This document shows, piece after piece, positions 24,439-36,762 of a DNA stretch of 64,000 bases. The notes under the pieces are model-generated. The model was not told the origin of the DNA and did not search any database. It saw nothing but the letters and a program-made list of their open reading frames with translations. The stretch spans positions 145,527 through 209,526 of the forward strand of contig JAAOMT010000439.1 in assembly GCA_016748015.1 (NCBI GenBank), in the 5' to 3' direction. Positions within the stretch are counted from its first letter, which is position 1. Every line of letters starts with the position of its first letter. The stretch comes from Geosiphon pyriformis uo1. Taxonomy: Eukaryota; Fungi; Glomeromycota. The translations under genes and the position numbers were made by a program.

Positions 24439-25233
24439 CTATATGGCTGGAAATACCAACCAGAACCTTTCAAAGAAACAATGGAACTCAGAAAAGAAGA
24501 TGAATATGAAGATGAAGAATTTTTACAACAAAAAGATCAAAGAATTCAAATGGGTCAAGAAAAAAGACAACAGCAAGATTTCATGCAAAAGCAAATACAA
24601 ACAACACGGCCAAAAGATTATGAAAATTTACAATCGCCAACCAAAGAAAAACGAGGGTGGTTGACGATGCAGTGGCCATTGAAAAGAATTAATAAAACTT
24701 CAAATACTAGTTCTAAATCAGAAACCGCATGGTATTTAAGCTGGATGCGAATGGCGGGAAAGAATTTTGGGACTGCAAAGGGTAAAACAAGTCAAAATTC
24801 GCCTGAATTTGACAGTAGAAAGGGCAAAGGAAAAAAACATACAGAAAAAAACCTAGAACAGCAAGATAATCATAAAGATGAACTTGAAAATTATTTTGAT
24901 GAAAACGATTTGCACAAGGAAGGGGAATCTAAAGAATATGGAGAGGAATCTGAATACACTGATGAATATGTGGATGAAACAGAAGATGACAATCATTTTA
25001 ATAATGATCCTAGAGAAATTGCTTATAATAGGGTGAACTTTATCAATCAAGAAAGGAATAGTGTTTTTGATGGCGGAGGCGTTATGCAATCATTTGCGAA
25101 GACGGATGATTTTTATCGCTACAATTTTGGAATAAATAGTTTCAGAGATTCGACCGTTTCATCTTCAAGTGCGAAGAGCAATAATAATATTACCGCTGAG
25201 ACAAAAATCTCGAACAGAGGAAAGTCTACTTAG
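24439..25233 (+). CDS. Open frame directly continuing the kinase frame; candidate readthrough extension (or separate 250 aa ORF from ATG 24481)
   Basis: Same frame as the last kinase exon, 264 sense codons after TGA-CTA; acidic and Lys-rich low-complexity sequence. Confidence 0.7.
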   Translation, partial: LYGWKYQPEPFKETMELRKEDEYEDEEFLQQKDQRIQMGQEKRQQQDFMQKQIQTTRPKDYENLQSPTKEKRGWLTMQWPLKRINKTSNTSSKSETAWYLSWMRMAGKNFGTAKGKTSQNSPEFDSRKGKGKKHTEKNLEQQDNHKDELENYFDENDLHKEGESKEYGEESEYTDEYVDETEDDNHFNNDPREIAYNRVNFINQERNSVFDGGGVMQSFAKTDDFYRYNFGINSFRDSTVSSSSAKSNNNITAETKISNRGKST

Positions 25234-25596
25234 AAAGATGAAATCTTGATTTCGGTACTACTAGTCTTTAAACCCCATTCTGTATTCTTGTTTACCTGGA
25301 ACATTTACCCATCTAAATATGACTAGGATGCTTCTGTTATATAATCGCAAATTAGATCAAGGTGAAGATCAAATAAATTTTAATCAGCTCTGGAGCTATC
25401 ACGATCCTTCATAAAAAAGAAAAAAGTTCAGGTATTCTCTGCACTTCTAAAATTGTTTGGAAACCATCAGATGCGAAAATAAATCCAATTTCGTGACAGA
25501 AACCCTTTATGTGTAAATGTTTCGAGCATCGATCAACAAGAGTGATTGCTTGAAACGAGTAGAATATAAACAACTTTAACATTATTAAATTCTAGA

Positions 25597-27018
25597 TTAT
25601 AAATTCCCACTCCCATTATCATCTAATAATTCGTGTAGACATCTGAGCAATTGATGATTCTGTTCTGGAGTGCCAACGGTGATCCGTATACATCCTTTAC
25701 AACCGACCTCAGTACCACGATATCTAACCACAATTCCCAACCTCTCGGCCAACTCTGTGTATACCCAGAGAGCACGTTCATTACTTGGTGTGCCACTTTT
25801 GGCATCCAAGATTTGAACTAGTAAAAAATTCGTGTCTTTGCCTCCAATAATTTTCCCAATACCAGATATTTTTTTAATATTGAAGGTGATTTTATTTCGT
25901 TCAGAAAGAATTAACGAGATTGTCTCACGCGTTTTTGAGATATTTTCATCGGAAAGGGCAGAAAGAGCGGCTTTAGAAGTGAGTGTGCTGATGTTGTAAG
26001 GGGCTTTTACATTATTCATTAAACGAATAATCTTTGGATTAGATATTGCAATCCCACATCTGCACCGAATAGATCAGTCTCAAGATGTTAAAATCCTATT
26101 CGTACTTGATAGCTGGGGATCGGTAAAAAAAATTAAATCCGAAATACCTGATTCCTGCCAGCCCAAAACTTTTACTTAAGGTTTGGATCACAACTAAATT
26201 TGGGTATCGTTCTACCCATTTTGCCACGCTTCCAAAGGTCCCATTGAGATTTTCAGTAAAATCTATATAAGCTTCGTCTACAGCCACAACACCCTTTAAA
26301 TTTGGATCTTCGAGAACAGATTTGATCGAAGATAGAGATAAAGCATTGCCAGTGGGATTTCCTGGAGAACATAGGAAAACGATTTTTACATCAGAATTTT
26401 CAGATAAAGCCTTCGAAATCTTTTGTTTGTTTCGGAAAATATAAAAAAAAGTTTCGTTAGCGAATAAAATATATTGGATTCAAATAGATTCGAAAGTTTA
26501 GTTGAAGTTAAAAATATTAGACGAAGATTTGCATAAACTAGTTTCAAGGATTTTACCTGATTTATCTCTAATTGAAAATCTTCATTTACATTCAAATTTA
26601 CTCTGATCACTTTAACATCATTAACCTGTGCTGTTACCGAGTACATCCCATAGGTGGGAGGCGTAACCAAAACTTTATCTTTCCCAGGCACACAAAAAAT
26701 CCGAAACAACCAATCGATAACTTCATCTGAACCAACCCCTAAAAAAAAATAATCAGTTGAGGGTAGTTCCCGAAGTTTCATCAACCGTTCTTTCACTAGG
26801 ATCTGATTCGGATCAGGATATCGATTTAGGTGATCATCTATGGGTGTCAAAGTGGGGTTATGAAATTGAGTTTCGTCAAGTGAGGGACCAAACGAGTTTT
26901 CATTCGCGTCTAAAAGAATTCCTGAGGAATAATCTTCACGTGCACATCGATATGGTTTGACCGCTAGTATATTGGGCCGCACAATTGACTCTAAAGAAAA
27001 GGCGGATAAAGAAGACAT
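25597..27018 (-). CDS. HIS5: Histidinol-phosphate aminotransferase (3 exons)
   Basis: LLDANENS, NRYPDP, GVGSDE, CSPGNPTG, VDEAYIDF, TLSKSFGLAGIR, RITVGT. Confidence 0.96.
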
Positions 27019-27628
27019 TGCTGAGACGACTTTGATTTTTGAAATGATATTCGGGGATCTGATCTATAGAAAAATATTACAGATTAAATGATCTTCGAGA
27101 CATTATCAATAGCATCAAATATATATTTGAAAAATTAGAGAATTCTGGGATCTGCGTCTATTTTTATAGTTGTTAACGAAAGTTTCAGATCTATGTCATG
27201 ACTAAAATTGCTATTTACTGAGGCGATAAATGTTTGAACAGTTTCTCATAACAAATAACAAAGGCTATTTTAAGTGTCTATTTTAACCTCTAAAATCAAG
27301 AAAAATCGGTTGATCGTCTAGTTTTTGGTAACTACGGCTAAAAGGAAAAGATGAACATTTCTCGGTATAGAAGCAAAATATGTAATTATCGCCGATTAAC
27401 GCAGAGCCTAGGTCTACTTAATAGAGGTTTAAAGTAAAATTGATCAGTCTAATATAATGAAATGGCAGAAATTCTCACGGAATTTTCGAAAAATGAATAT
27501 TCAAACCGATATAACATTTTGTCTTCGAATACATAGCGTCCCATATTATGGGGCATTTCCGCAAGATACTCCACGGTTTTTAAGAGTAATGATATTTACA
27601 GAGTTTTTGATTTTAGGTTTTCACCTAT

Positions 27629-28803
27629 TCATTCGACGCCATCGCGGATTTGTCGTCCAAATTCTAACAAAAATGCAGCAACGTTGATATCATCTAATTT
27701 ATCCATTCCGATTAATTGATTGAACACTGGTTTCAGTGTTTCGTGTAAAGTATCAATTTTTTGTTTCATGAGCTGATTTTCACTCTGTAAATTTTTCAGA
27801 GTGTTTTTTTCATCATCTGCTTTTTCTTTGCTTTCCTCTACTTCTGGAATTAATTGTTGTTTTTTGCGTTGTAAACCGCGTTCTATCTCAATAAGCCTTT
27901 TGTGTTCAGTTTCTTGGGCTATTTTTAATTAAATCAAATTTAGATCTAGCTCCAGAAAAAATGAGTCAATTGGCTTGCTTAACCTGCCTTCATGAAATTC
28001 GGTAAAAGATTCCGAGAAAATTGGAAATGGTAGGTTTAATTTATTAAGCTCTGCACCATCTGTAGAAAAATAATAATAATAATAATAAAATGTTCAAAAA
28101 TTCTGACTCGTAATCAATATATTCTCATTGAATACCAAAAAAATACTTGTGAAATTAGATGCCTGTCATATTATTACAAACCTGCACACGAGAATCCCGA
28201 GTTGGAACCGATAGCATGCTAGAGCCCAGAATAATTAAAACTTTTTTAATTAAGACAAAAATTGGCACAAAAAGATAATCAACTTACATTTTGTTTTTTA
28301 TTAGTTATTGCTGAACTTGATGCCTCGCCTTCTCCAATTACTAACTGTTCCCCTGGTGCCATGGGAGACTTACCTTTGACAGAGGTTTTACGTACTTTTG
28401 CCGGTGGTTTATCTACTAAAAGAACTATTTCGTTGAGATATAGACGTTATGTATTAATGGCAAAATTCTATTTCACTCACCCTTTCGACTCGAATTTCCA
28501 TTAGCTGTGGTAGCAGCTTTCTTTCGACCACGTTTCAGTTTACCCGCTGATGGCTCAGAATAGGAGCTACCTATTGATAAATGGTAAAAGAGTGTGATGA
28601 AAAATTATTATCAATATATATTTTTTTTACCTAAATTCAAACTGAAATTCAAATTAGCATAAAGGCCTACCATCATCAGAAGGCGAAGTTGCCGAGGTAT
28701 CGCGTTTTTCTCCGTCATCCTCACCGTCATTGTTATTTGGTACAAATTCTTCGTCAGAGTCATCTTCTGAGGAGGCAAAAACTTGGTTCAACCAATCGGT
28801 CAT
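27629..28803 (-). CDS. Hypothetical multi-exon protein: acidic/basic disordered N-terminus plus C-terminal coiled coil (HMG20-like C-terminus)
   Basis: ATG 28803 MTDWLNQVFASSEDDSDEEF; GT-AG introns; last exon QETEHKRLIEIERGLQRKKQQL...LLEFGRQIRDGVE*. Confidence 0.7.
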
Positions 28804-29328
28804 AATTAAAAATTAAGGTTTCTACGTTGAAAAGAAGATATCGACTTTTTGAAGGGGTTTAATAACTGATCAAACTATTAAATTCTCGAATTTCTGAGTT
28901 ATCTGATAATCCGTTATCCCGGGATCACCGCATTTAGAGAAAACTAGGTAATGTCAATAGCTTTACAATCGATTTTATTCATCTAAATATGTAAATTATC
29001 TACATTAAAAGATAGCTTTTAATTTTTTCAAAAGGCCATTTTCAATTTTAAGGAAAAATTTGAAAAAGGAAAATAATTTTCCAGCTCGAAATCAATTTGA
29101 ATTTCTTAAATCCAATTTATTTTAAAAGAAATTATTTTTTCACACGTTTTTAACATTGATGTTTAGCATGGTTTGGAAATCTAAAAATAAAAACAACATG
29201 TTATCATTTTAAAAAAAAAACTTTGAAATTAAATAACGATAATTTTTTAACATTATTTCAGTATTGATAATTTGAATTTATATTTGTTGCATTATTATTT
29301 AAATGTGTTTTAATTTAATAATAACAAT

Positions 29329-29330
<2 letters not shown>

Positions 29331-29420
<90 letters not shown>
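29331..29420. repeat. (AAT)30 microsatellite
   Basis: Perfect trinucleotide run. Confidence 0.95.
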
Positions 29421-29860
29421 TAAATTATATCAAGCATCAATTTTGAAACAAAATTTCTGGCTATTTGGATAAGCCATTTGTAATTTTCCTTTTGCCTTGA
29501 AATCTCCAGTATCAATTAAAAGTTGCATATTTGATTTCAAAGCCTAAAAATTAAAAAATCAGATTTCAAATCAATATTTCAAACATTCTACAAATGAGAG
29601 GTCCTCGGTTTTCTATCCAATGCGAGCCTATATGCTCAACAATAGATTTTCTTGGTAATTTCAAACATTTTTTTTATCACTCATCCGTAGCTAAAAAATA
29701 GAGTGCAAAGAAAATATCTGTCTAACTAAAGCAATGCTCAATATCTGCTAAAAATTCATTCAAAATAAATTGATGAGAAGTAGCAAGCAAAATGAAAAAT
29801 TTAATTTAAAGATGTATTCAAAAACGATTATAATTCGTTATAATATGTCAAAAGGGCCTT

Positions 29861-31577
29861 CTACTTTTGGTCCCCATCCTCCTTTTTATCTTGTCCTTTT
29901 TTTCCTTCATTCTCTTTTTTATCGGGTAAACCTTCTAGACTTCGAATCCTCGGGTCGTCACGATTAACACCAGGAAGTGAATCAAAAACAGATGAGACGA
30001 AACTTGGATCTTCTATTATGTCATTTGAAGGCTGCTGATCGTAATAATGAAAAAATTCATTTTAATTATTAATAATTGATGAAAATTTCGAGTATTACAC
30101 AAATCAAGATGAAAAACATTTACTGTTGCTGAACTTCCGCCTTGCATTGACATTTCAATAGCGCGTGCTATTTGTTCATCCTCAGTCATTGGTAAATCCG
30201 AATCCATATGAACATCGCCCGTCTATCAAATCAAAAAGTGAATTTTACATAGACTGAATATGATAAGAAAAAAATTAGGACATATGTGAATGGACCTCTT
30301 TTTACTTACATGATCTTGGCCAATAGAAACAGCTAAAGCTTGGGCGAGGCTGTCTTCCTCACTTCTGTCTCCTTGTTCCACTACAGCATTGTCAACAGCC
30401 ATGGTTGTCGATTCTCCTTCGACAGCACTCGTAGCAGCCTTGGCAGCCTCAGCCTCCTGCCTAGCCTTTTCTTCTTCCAGAGAGATTCTCAGTGCCTAAA
30501 TTAAAAATATAAGGTCATTTGAAATTAAAATAGGAAAATGATTCATGATAAAATCTAGAAAACTGACGAGGGCAAGCTCTGGATCTAGATTAGGATCAAC
30601 ACCGAATTCAAAGCTGCCACCACCCCCTGGTGTAAATCCAGCCGGAAGTCCATCTTCACCAGAAATTATGGGGGATGATATCAAGAGCTCACTAAGAATA
30701 TGTGGACCTGGAGGAATAGTTACAAGATGACTGCATAGAATCAATGAGTTGGTTATTCAAGAGCCCAAAAATCATCATAATTGACAAGATGCGTGCCTAT
30801 TATCAGAAGCATTGACATTGGCCAAGAATGCCTCAAGTTTAGTTGTGTTATTTGTCTCTTCTCCGAAATTGACAATGTCGACGGCCACATTGTTTTTTTT
30901 CATTTTCTTGGCTAATTTGACCAAATTTTTTTCATCGGAATCGATTGGGCTACCCACGAACACTATGATCCGTTGTCGCTGATTCTTATTTTGTCGATGT
31001 TTCAATGCCAGCTTCGAAAGTATTGAGTAAAAAAAATTTGGAATAAAGTTATTTTGATAATCAAGATAAATGTGGGAACAATTCGAAATCTAGACCGAGA
31101 TCAAAATTGAATAAACCTGTGCAACTTGTATCCCTGTGGTAAGGTTAACGGCACCACCAATTTTGATATTATGCATAGCTGTGAGAATTTTGCCCATGTC
31201 CGAAGTCAAGGTAACAAGAACTTCTGGACTAGAATTTGATGAAAATTGATCAAGAGAGAATCTTTGATTAGTATTATTTTTTAGAGTGAAAAAAGATTCT
31301 CATACCGCAGATGCCACTGACCCTTTTCCTGCCATGGTTAATAATCCAACCGTGTTTTCAGGGTTCGATTGAGTTTTGGAGGAGAATATAAGATTAACAG
31401 CGTCACTTTGCGCCTCTAAGCGTGTCGGTGTATAGTCACCATTACGCATCCATTCCGAGTTATCAAGCCTTTAAAGGGATTTTGAGGATTTTTGGTTGAT
31501 TTGATGGCAAATCAGAGAGTGGCTAGTGAACTTTGAAGGCTCAAGACTTACACTAGCATAGTCGCTTCCAAAGGCAT
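29861..31577 (-). CDS. RPN10: 26S proteasome ubiquitin receptor Rpn10 (vWA plus UIMs, multi-exon)
   Basis: [67 protein letters not shown]. Confidence 0.96.
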
Positions 31578-32301
31578 ATTGAAATACTGGAAATTTCTTT
31601 GGAAGATAGTCGAGAATAATTTTTATTTTGATGGTGAAGTATATATCTTGGGGAAAGTTGCGTAATTTGGATAACCGATATGGTCATTAAATCATGTGAC
31701 CTAAGACCAAAGATGGTATTTTTATATATGAAATTTACTTGATTTAATATTTTCATTTTTTTAATGATTTTTTTAAAAAGAATGAAATACAACATAGATA
31801 TATATATATTTCAATTTTTTTTGTATTGTATTGTTATTTATATAAATATAAATATAAATTACAAATTAATATTAAAATATATGATATAATAGAATAGAAT
31901 AGAATATAATAGAATATAATAAAAAAGGTTATATTTTTATTTCTAAAAATTACAAATTATAAAAATTCTCAAAGGTTTCATTGAATTTTCTAGAATGTTG
32001 TACAATCAAGTACTTAAAAGTTTTTGAAACTTTATTTCGTTACACTATTTTCCTCTATGGGTATTATTATACTTAAAAAAAGATTGACAACACATCGGGA
32101 TCGGGATCTAAACAAGCACTAACAGTGTTACCGATACCACGATCCAAAAGATCATGAATTGTTGAAACTGTCTTAGAAACCATTAATAAGAAAATAGCAG
32201 TAGTAAGAAATCAAGAAAAAGAAGTTTGCGATAGAATGGAAGGTATGTAAAAAAGAAAATGCAGTAATTGTGAATTCTTTATTACTAAAAATGTGATTAT
32301 T

Positions 32302-32334
<33 letters not shown>

Positions 32335-32580
32335 GGATTTTTTGGTCTGCAATGAAAATTATTCAATGATTTTCAGAAATCGGCCGGAAGTACGAGTACA
32401 AAATTGTTGGGAATGATGTACATATACATACGATATACAATTTTTACATTTGAAAAAAAAAACGGTCTGCCCGCATATATACACATTGTAGTTTCTTTCA
32501 TTGCTGCATTATTATCAATAAATGACCCAATTTTTTTGTTATCTTAATCTTCTTCTACTTTTTAAATAGAAAAAATACCC

Positions 32581-32610
32581 AACTAACTAAACTAAATTAA
32601 CTAAACTAAT

Positions 32611-32663
<53 letters not shown>

Positions 32664-32670
32664 CACTAAC
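32581..32670. repeat. (CTAA)n tetranucleotide array
   Basis: TAACTAAC repeats upstream of the SAP gene. Confidence 0.9.
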
Positions 32671-33752
32671 TCGTTCTCAAACCTGTTCTTATCCCGCACC
32701 ATAAATTAAATAAATTTTTGGTACAGGGAAAAAAAAACGTGCTTTTAATAACAAAACATTCCCAAAAAATCATTTTTTACCTTCTCTCTCTTTTACAAGT
32801 GTCAACTTAAAAGTCTTTCCAGTTAAAAGTCACTTTAAAATTTTCTTTTTCTATTTGACCTCCCAAAATATCTTTTCTTATTCGTTTTATTTAATCATTC
32901 TTTTATTCTAATCTTTTTCTTCGCTTTTCTCTTCTTTCATTTGGCTTCAAAAAAAAAACTTTCTATTCTCTTTCTTTAACTCCCTTTCTTTTTTTCTCGT
33001 GTCTCCCTTCTTTTCATTTATAGAGTGAAATTAAATACTTGTTCAAAGCCTTATATAATTATATTAATACTAATTTTATATTAGTTAATCAGTTATTAAT
33101 AATTCACGATTTAGAAAATCCCATCAACATAACACCACTGCACGACATTACAATATCTATAAATTTCTAGCAACAAACGAATACTTTCTTATACACACAC
33201 TTTTTTCTGTTTCCACAAACTTTCGCTTTGCCGTTCTTTTTTTTTGACGCTTCTTTTGTGGAACAACTGTGGGTAACGCTTATTCGACGGGAATTTTTTT
33301 CCTTTGATTCTTCGTCGTCCACGCGTGTTCTAATATTAAAACTCCGTCCTCCCTGTCGACGATCTTTTCAACCTATACATTCGTTTGTTTTCTATTTTCT
33401 ACTCCCTAGACAAACTTTGCTTGCCTTCTCTGCAAGCACCCCTTTGTTTTCTTAACCCTAACCTTCGTAACCTCCATCTCGCTAAGTTTCTATTAGTTAA
33501 CGCTAGCTCAAAATAGTTTTATTCTTTTCTAGTTTACAATCATTTATTTTCTTAGTTGGCTTCTTGTTTAGTTCGCAAGTTTGGTTCGTATTTCTTTCAT
33601 TTTTCGTTATTGTGTCTGCCAAACAGTGTAAAAGACGTCATTTCTTGTGCCATCCAACCGCGTTTGTTAGTTCTTGAAGTGTCCCGTGAACAAACAATAA
33701 ACAAACGTCTCTTTTGCATCCACCGACCACTTTATATCAATTGGTTTATTTT

Positions 33753-33755
<3 letters not shown>

Positions 33756-33792
<37 letters not shown>
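33756..33792. repeat. (CT)n microsatellite
   Basis: Perfect dinucleotide run. Confidence 0.9.
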
Positions 33793-33794
<2 letters not shown>

Positions 33795-34002
33795 ATTCAC
33801 ACGCATATACAGGTTTAATTGCTTTTTTATACTCATTGACTTTTTTTCTTCTTCTCCTTCTCCTCCTTTCTCCTCCTTATCTTCTTCCTTCTACAATAGA
33901 CTTTTTCTTAAGGCGACACCGAACTAAGCGTTCTATTCATTTATTATATAGCTTTTTCGCTACAGGATTTTCTTGAGATTAATTTAATCGTGATAGACGA
34001 AA

Positions 34003-36762
34003 ATGTTCTCCCAAAGAAATCCAGTTTCCACTAGTCTTTTGACCCAACCTTTTCATCCTTCCATGCCTGAGGATCAGCTCAACAATCTTCAAGTAAATCT
34101 AGAGAATTCTCACCAGCAATCACATCAGCAACAAAATCAATATAATAATGGTCAAGAATTATTGTCAGACCAACTGAAATTTCAAATTCTACAAGGATAC
34201 GGTCTAAATCCAACTGTATATGCTGGTCAATCACTCGATGATAGTGTTATACCTAATTCTTTATATACAGGTGATTTCACAATTGGATACCATAATGATG
34301 ACATAAATCAAATGGGGGAAGTTCCTGATTTTGGAGGTACCCTCTTCTTTAGCGATTTAGCTTCGGAAAATCTTTCGGAAAGTTCATGGTTGATTGATTC
34401 AGTAACTACATCACCACCACAACACCAAGATTTTGAGAAACAGGATCAACAACAACATCAACAACAGATCTCACAGTCCTTGTCAAGTCTACCTTTACAA
34501 GGCCATCCTCAACTTTCACATCCTCCTGTCTCATCAATGCTAACTTATAATAATGACCAAGTTCCTAATCGTGCTCAAACTCCTGGTCCTTTTCCTCGAA
34601 GCATACCAAATTATTTGACCGCTCGTCGTCGAAGTTTATCCGCTGACAATATACACGCACTAGCAAAAAATCACGCCAATGCAAACCGTAAAATCTTACT
34701 AAATGCTCAATCACAAAATTTTGAACAAATCTCTTCGGCTGATCGACCTCCTTTTTATCGTGACACTATTTCTACTACGTCAGTTGGAGAATATACAAAT
34801 CAGAATCAATACTCTAATCCGATGATTAAGAATGAAGAGGAGCAAGAAATGATGCAAAGTGTTATCAATCAAACTATATTGCATGGAAATTCTATTTCCA
34901 GTAATATGTCTCTTGAGAATCACCATCATCATCATCATCATCACCACCATCAACAATCAAATATTGATAGTGATGTACAAAGTATTGATAGTAATGACGA
35001 AAATCAATCATTAACAAACTTGCAGTCCAGAGCTCAATTGATTAATGAACCTATTAATCATACTCAGAGGTTAAATGAACGACAGGCTAGATTTAAAGTT
35101 AAAATTGATAGGAGAGTTCCAAGAAATATTCCTAGCATTCAAGTACCAAATTCGACACCTGGAATATGTAGCCCAATGAATGCAATCATACCTGCAGGGC
35201 CTTTTCCTATAACAATGCCTTCTATGGAAATGCCAATTTCAATGTCTACACCTAATACTCCTACCTTTTCACCCCAAATACCAAATATTAATATCGTGCC
35301 GACTTCATCCCCAACAAATAATCCAAATAATTTAAATAATCCAAATAACAACAATAAACTTAGTGCTGCTCGTCGTGGTGGTCATATGCGCAAACGTTCT
35401 TTATCTGCGCCTACTCAACCTTTTGGTTTAACAGGGGCTATGCCCTTGCAACCCGCTCAATCTTTTCCATTTAACATATCTTCTGTTTCCCCATCATTTC
35501 GAAGGCCTGGCGCTGTTCCTATACAAATTCAACGAAATCACAAACATTCTCATACGGCTACACCAATGTCATCCGAAGAGTATCAACGTAAATTAAATGA
35601 AGAACTGGAAAAAATCGATTTCGAAGATATTACCGTGAGCGAACTAAAGGATATGTTAAGACAACGTGGAAAACCTGCTACCGGTAAAAAGGCTGTACTG
35701 ATGCAAAGGTTACAGGATGAATATGAGGCGGTAAAAGCAATGAAACAAAATAATCTACAAAAGCCTCAAATCAATACCAACGCTAATTTTAGTAACAACA
35801 ATAATCAATATAATCCAATCTTATCTTCACCAACATCACCTTCTGGTGGATCATTACATCGTAGTATTGCTAATATGCATATCTCAAGTCCACCTGTTCA
35901 TCAAAGACGTTTCAGCCCTTATGGAAGTGTTAGTATTCCAAATAGTCCTAGATTAATACCGACTGGGATGGGTAATAATCGTGCAACTTCGACATATAAC
36001 AATGGAGTATTCCCATTTTCAGCTGGTGTAGATGAGTGGCATTTTAATAGCGTTGGTATTGTTCATCATCCCAGTTACGGGTCTCAACAATTAGCTCAAA
36101 TGGAAGAAAATGGCCCAATGCTTCATCCAATGATGATGATTGAACCATCATCACCATCACAACAACAACAACAACAACCCACACTTCAATCACAGTCACA
36201 ATCCCACGGGGCACAGCAACAGCAACAACAAAATGAAAAATTTTTCATAATGCAACAACCTTCTTCAGCTCCTTCAACAACTACTGAATTCGACACATTT
36301 CAGGAACCGCCATCATCTGCTCCTGCAACAACTACCGAGTTTGAGTCATTTCAACAACCACCCTCCTCTGCTCCTCCAATGACAACCGAGTTTATGAATA
36401 CCTACGACTTTATGCGTTCAAATTCAATGGGTGGCATAACGATGAACATGAATGAAGAGATCTTGAGAATGAATATGGGCACCCAAACAAATATTAACAA
36501 TATCCTTTTAAAACAAAAACCAGGTGATACAAAAGATAACCCACTCCAATCTTCAACTCCTGGGATGATCTCGTCACAAGAATTAGGATTTGAGTATCAA
36601 GAGCATCATCAAATGAGTATCAAGCCTGTATTTGAATTTAATCAAGCTCCCACGGGATATATGTCAATGACAAATCCTGCTCAATCGCAGCATCAACTTG
36701 AACTTCATCAAGTGCAATTACAACAACAGCAACATCAAAGCTCTTTTGGTAGTGGATGGTGA
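34003..36762 (+). CDS. 919 aa SAP-domain low-complexity protein, putative transcriptional regulator, single coding exon
   Basis: ITVSELKDMLRQRGKPATGKKAVLMQRL SAP motif; poly-Q/H/N tracts; RRRSLS and RKRSLS. Confidence 0.88.
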   Translation: MFSQRNPVSTSLLTQPFHPSMPEDQLNNLQVNLENSHQQSHQQQNQYNNGQELLSDQLKFQILQGYGLNPTVYAGQSLDDSVIPNSLYTGDFTIGYHNDDINQMGEVPDFGGTLFFSDLASENLSESSWLIDSVTTSPPQHQDFEKQDQQQHQQQISQSLSSLPLQGHPQLSHPPVSSMLTYNNDQVPNRAQTPGPFPRSIPNYLTARRRSLSADNIHALAKNHANANRKILLNAQSQNFEQISSADRPPFYRDTISTTSVGEYTNQNQYSNPMIKNEEEQEMMQSVINQTILHGNSISSNMSLENHHHHHHHHHHQQSNIDSDVQSIDSNDENQSLTNLQSRAQLINEPINHTQRLNERQARFKVKIDRRVPRNIPSIQVPNSTPGICSPMNAIIPAGPFPITMPSMEMPISMSTPNTPTFSPQIPNINIVPTSSPTNNPNNLNNPNNNNKLSAARRGGHMRKRSLSAPTQPFGLTGAMPLQPAQSFPFNISSVSPSFRRPGAVPIQIQRNHKHSHTATPMSSEEYQRKLNEELEKIDFEDITVSELKDMLRQRGKPATGKKAVLMQRLQDEYEAVKAMKQNNLQKPQINTNANFSNNNNQYNPILSSPTSPSGGSLHRSIANMHISSPPVHQRRFSPYGSVSIPNSPRLIPTGMGNNRATSTYNNGVFPFSAGVDEWHFNSVGIVHHPSYGSQQLAQMEENGPMLHPMMMIEPSSPSQQQQQQPTLQSQSQSHGAQQQQQQNEKFFIMQQPSSAPSTTTEFDTFQEPPSSAPATTTEFESFQQPPSSAPPMTTEFMNTYDFMRSNSMGGITMNMNEEILRMNMGTQTNINNILLKQKPGDTKDNPLQSSTPGMISSQELGFEYQEHHQMSIKPVFEFNQAPTGYMSMTNPAQSQHQLELHQVQLQQQQHQSSFGSGW

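Noticed and set aside
32581-32670. Interstitial telomere repeat
   Set aside because: Unit is CTAA, not CCCTAA
33228-33927. 75 aa and 123 aa ORFs upstream of the SAP gene
   Set aside because: TTG starts, composition driven by pyrimidine tracts and (CT)n
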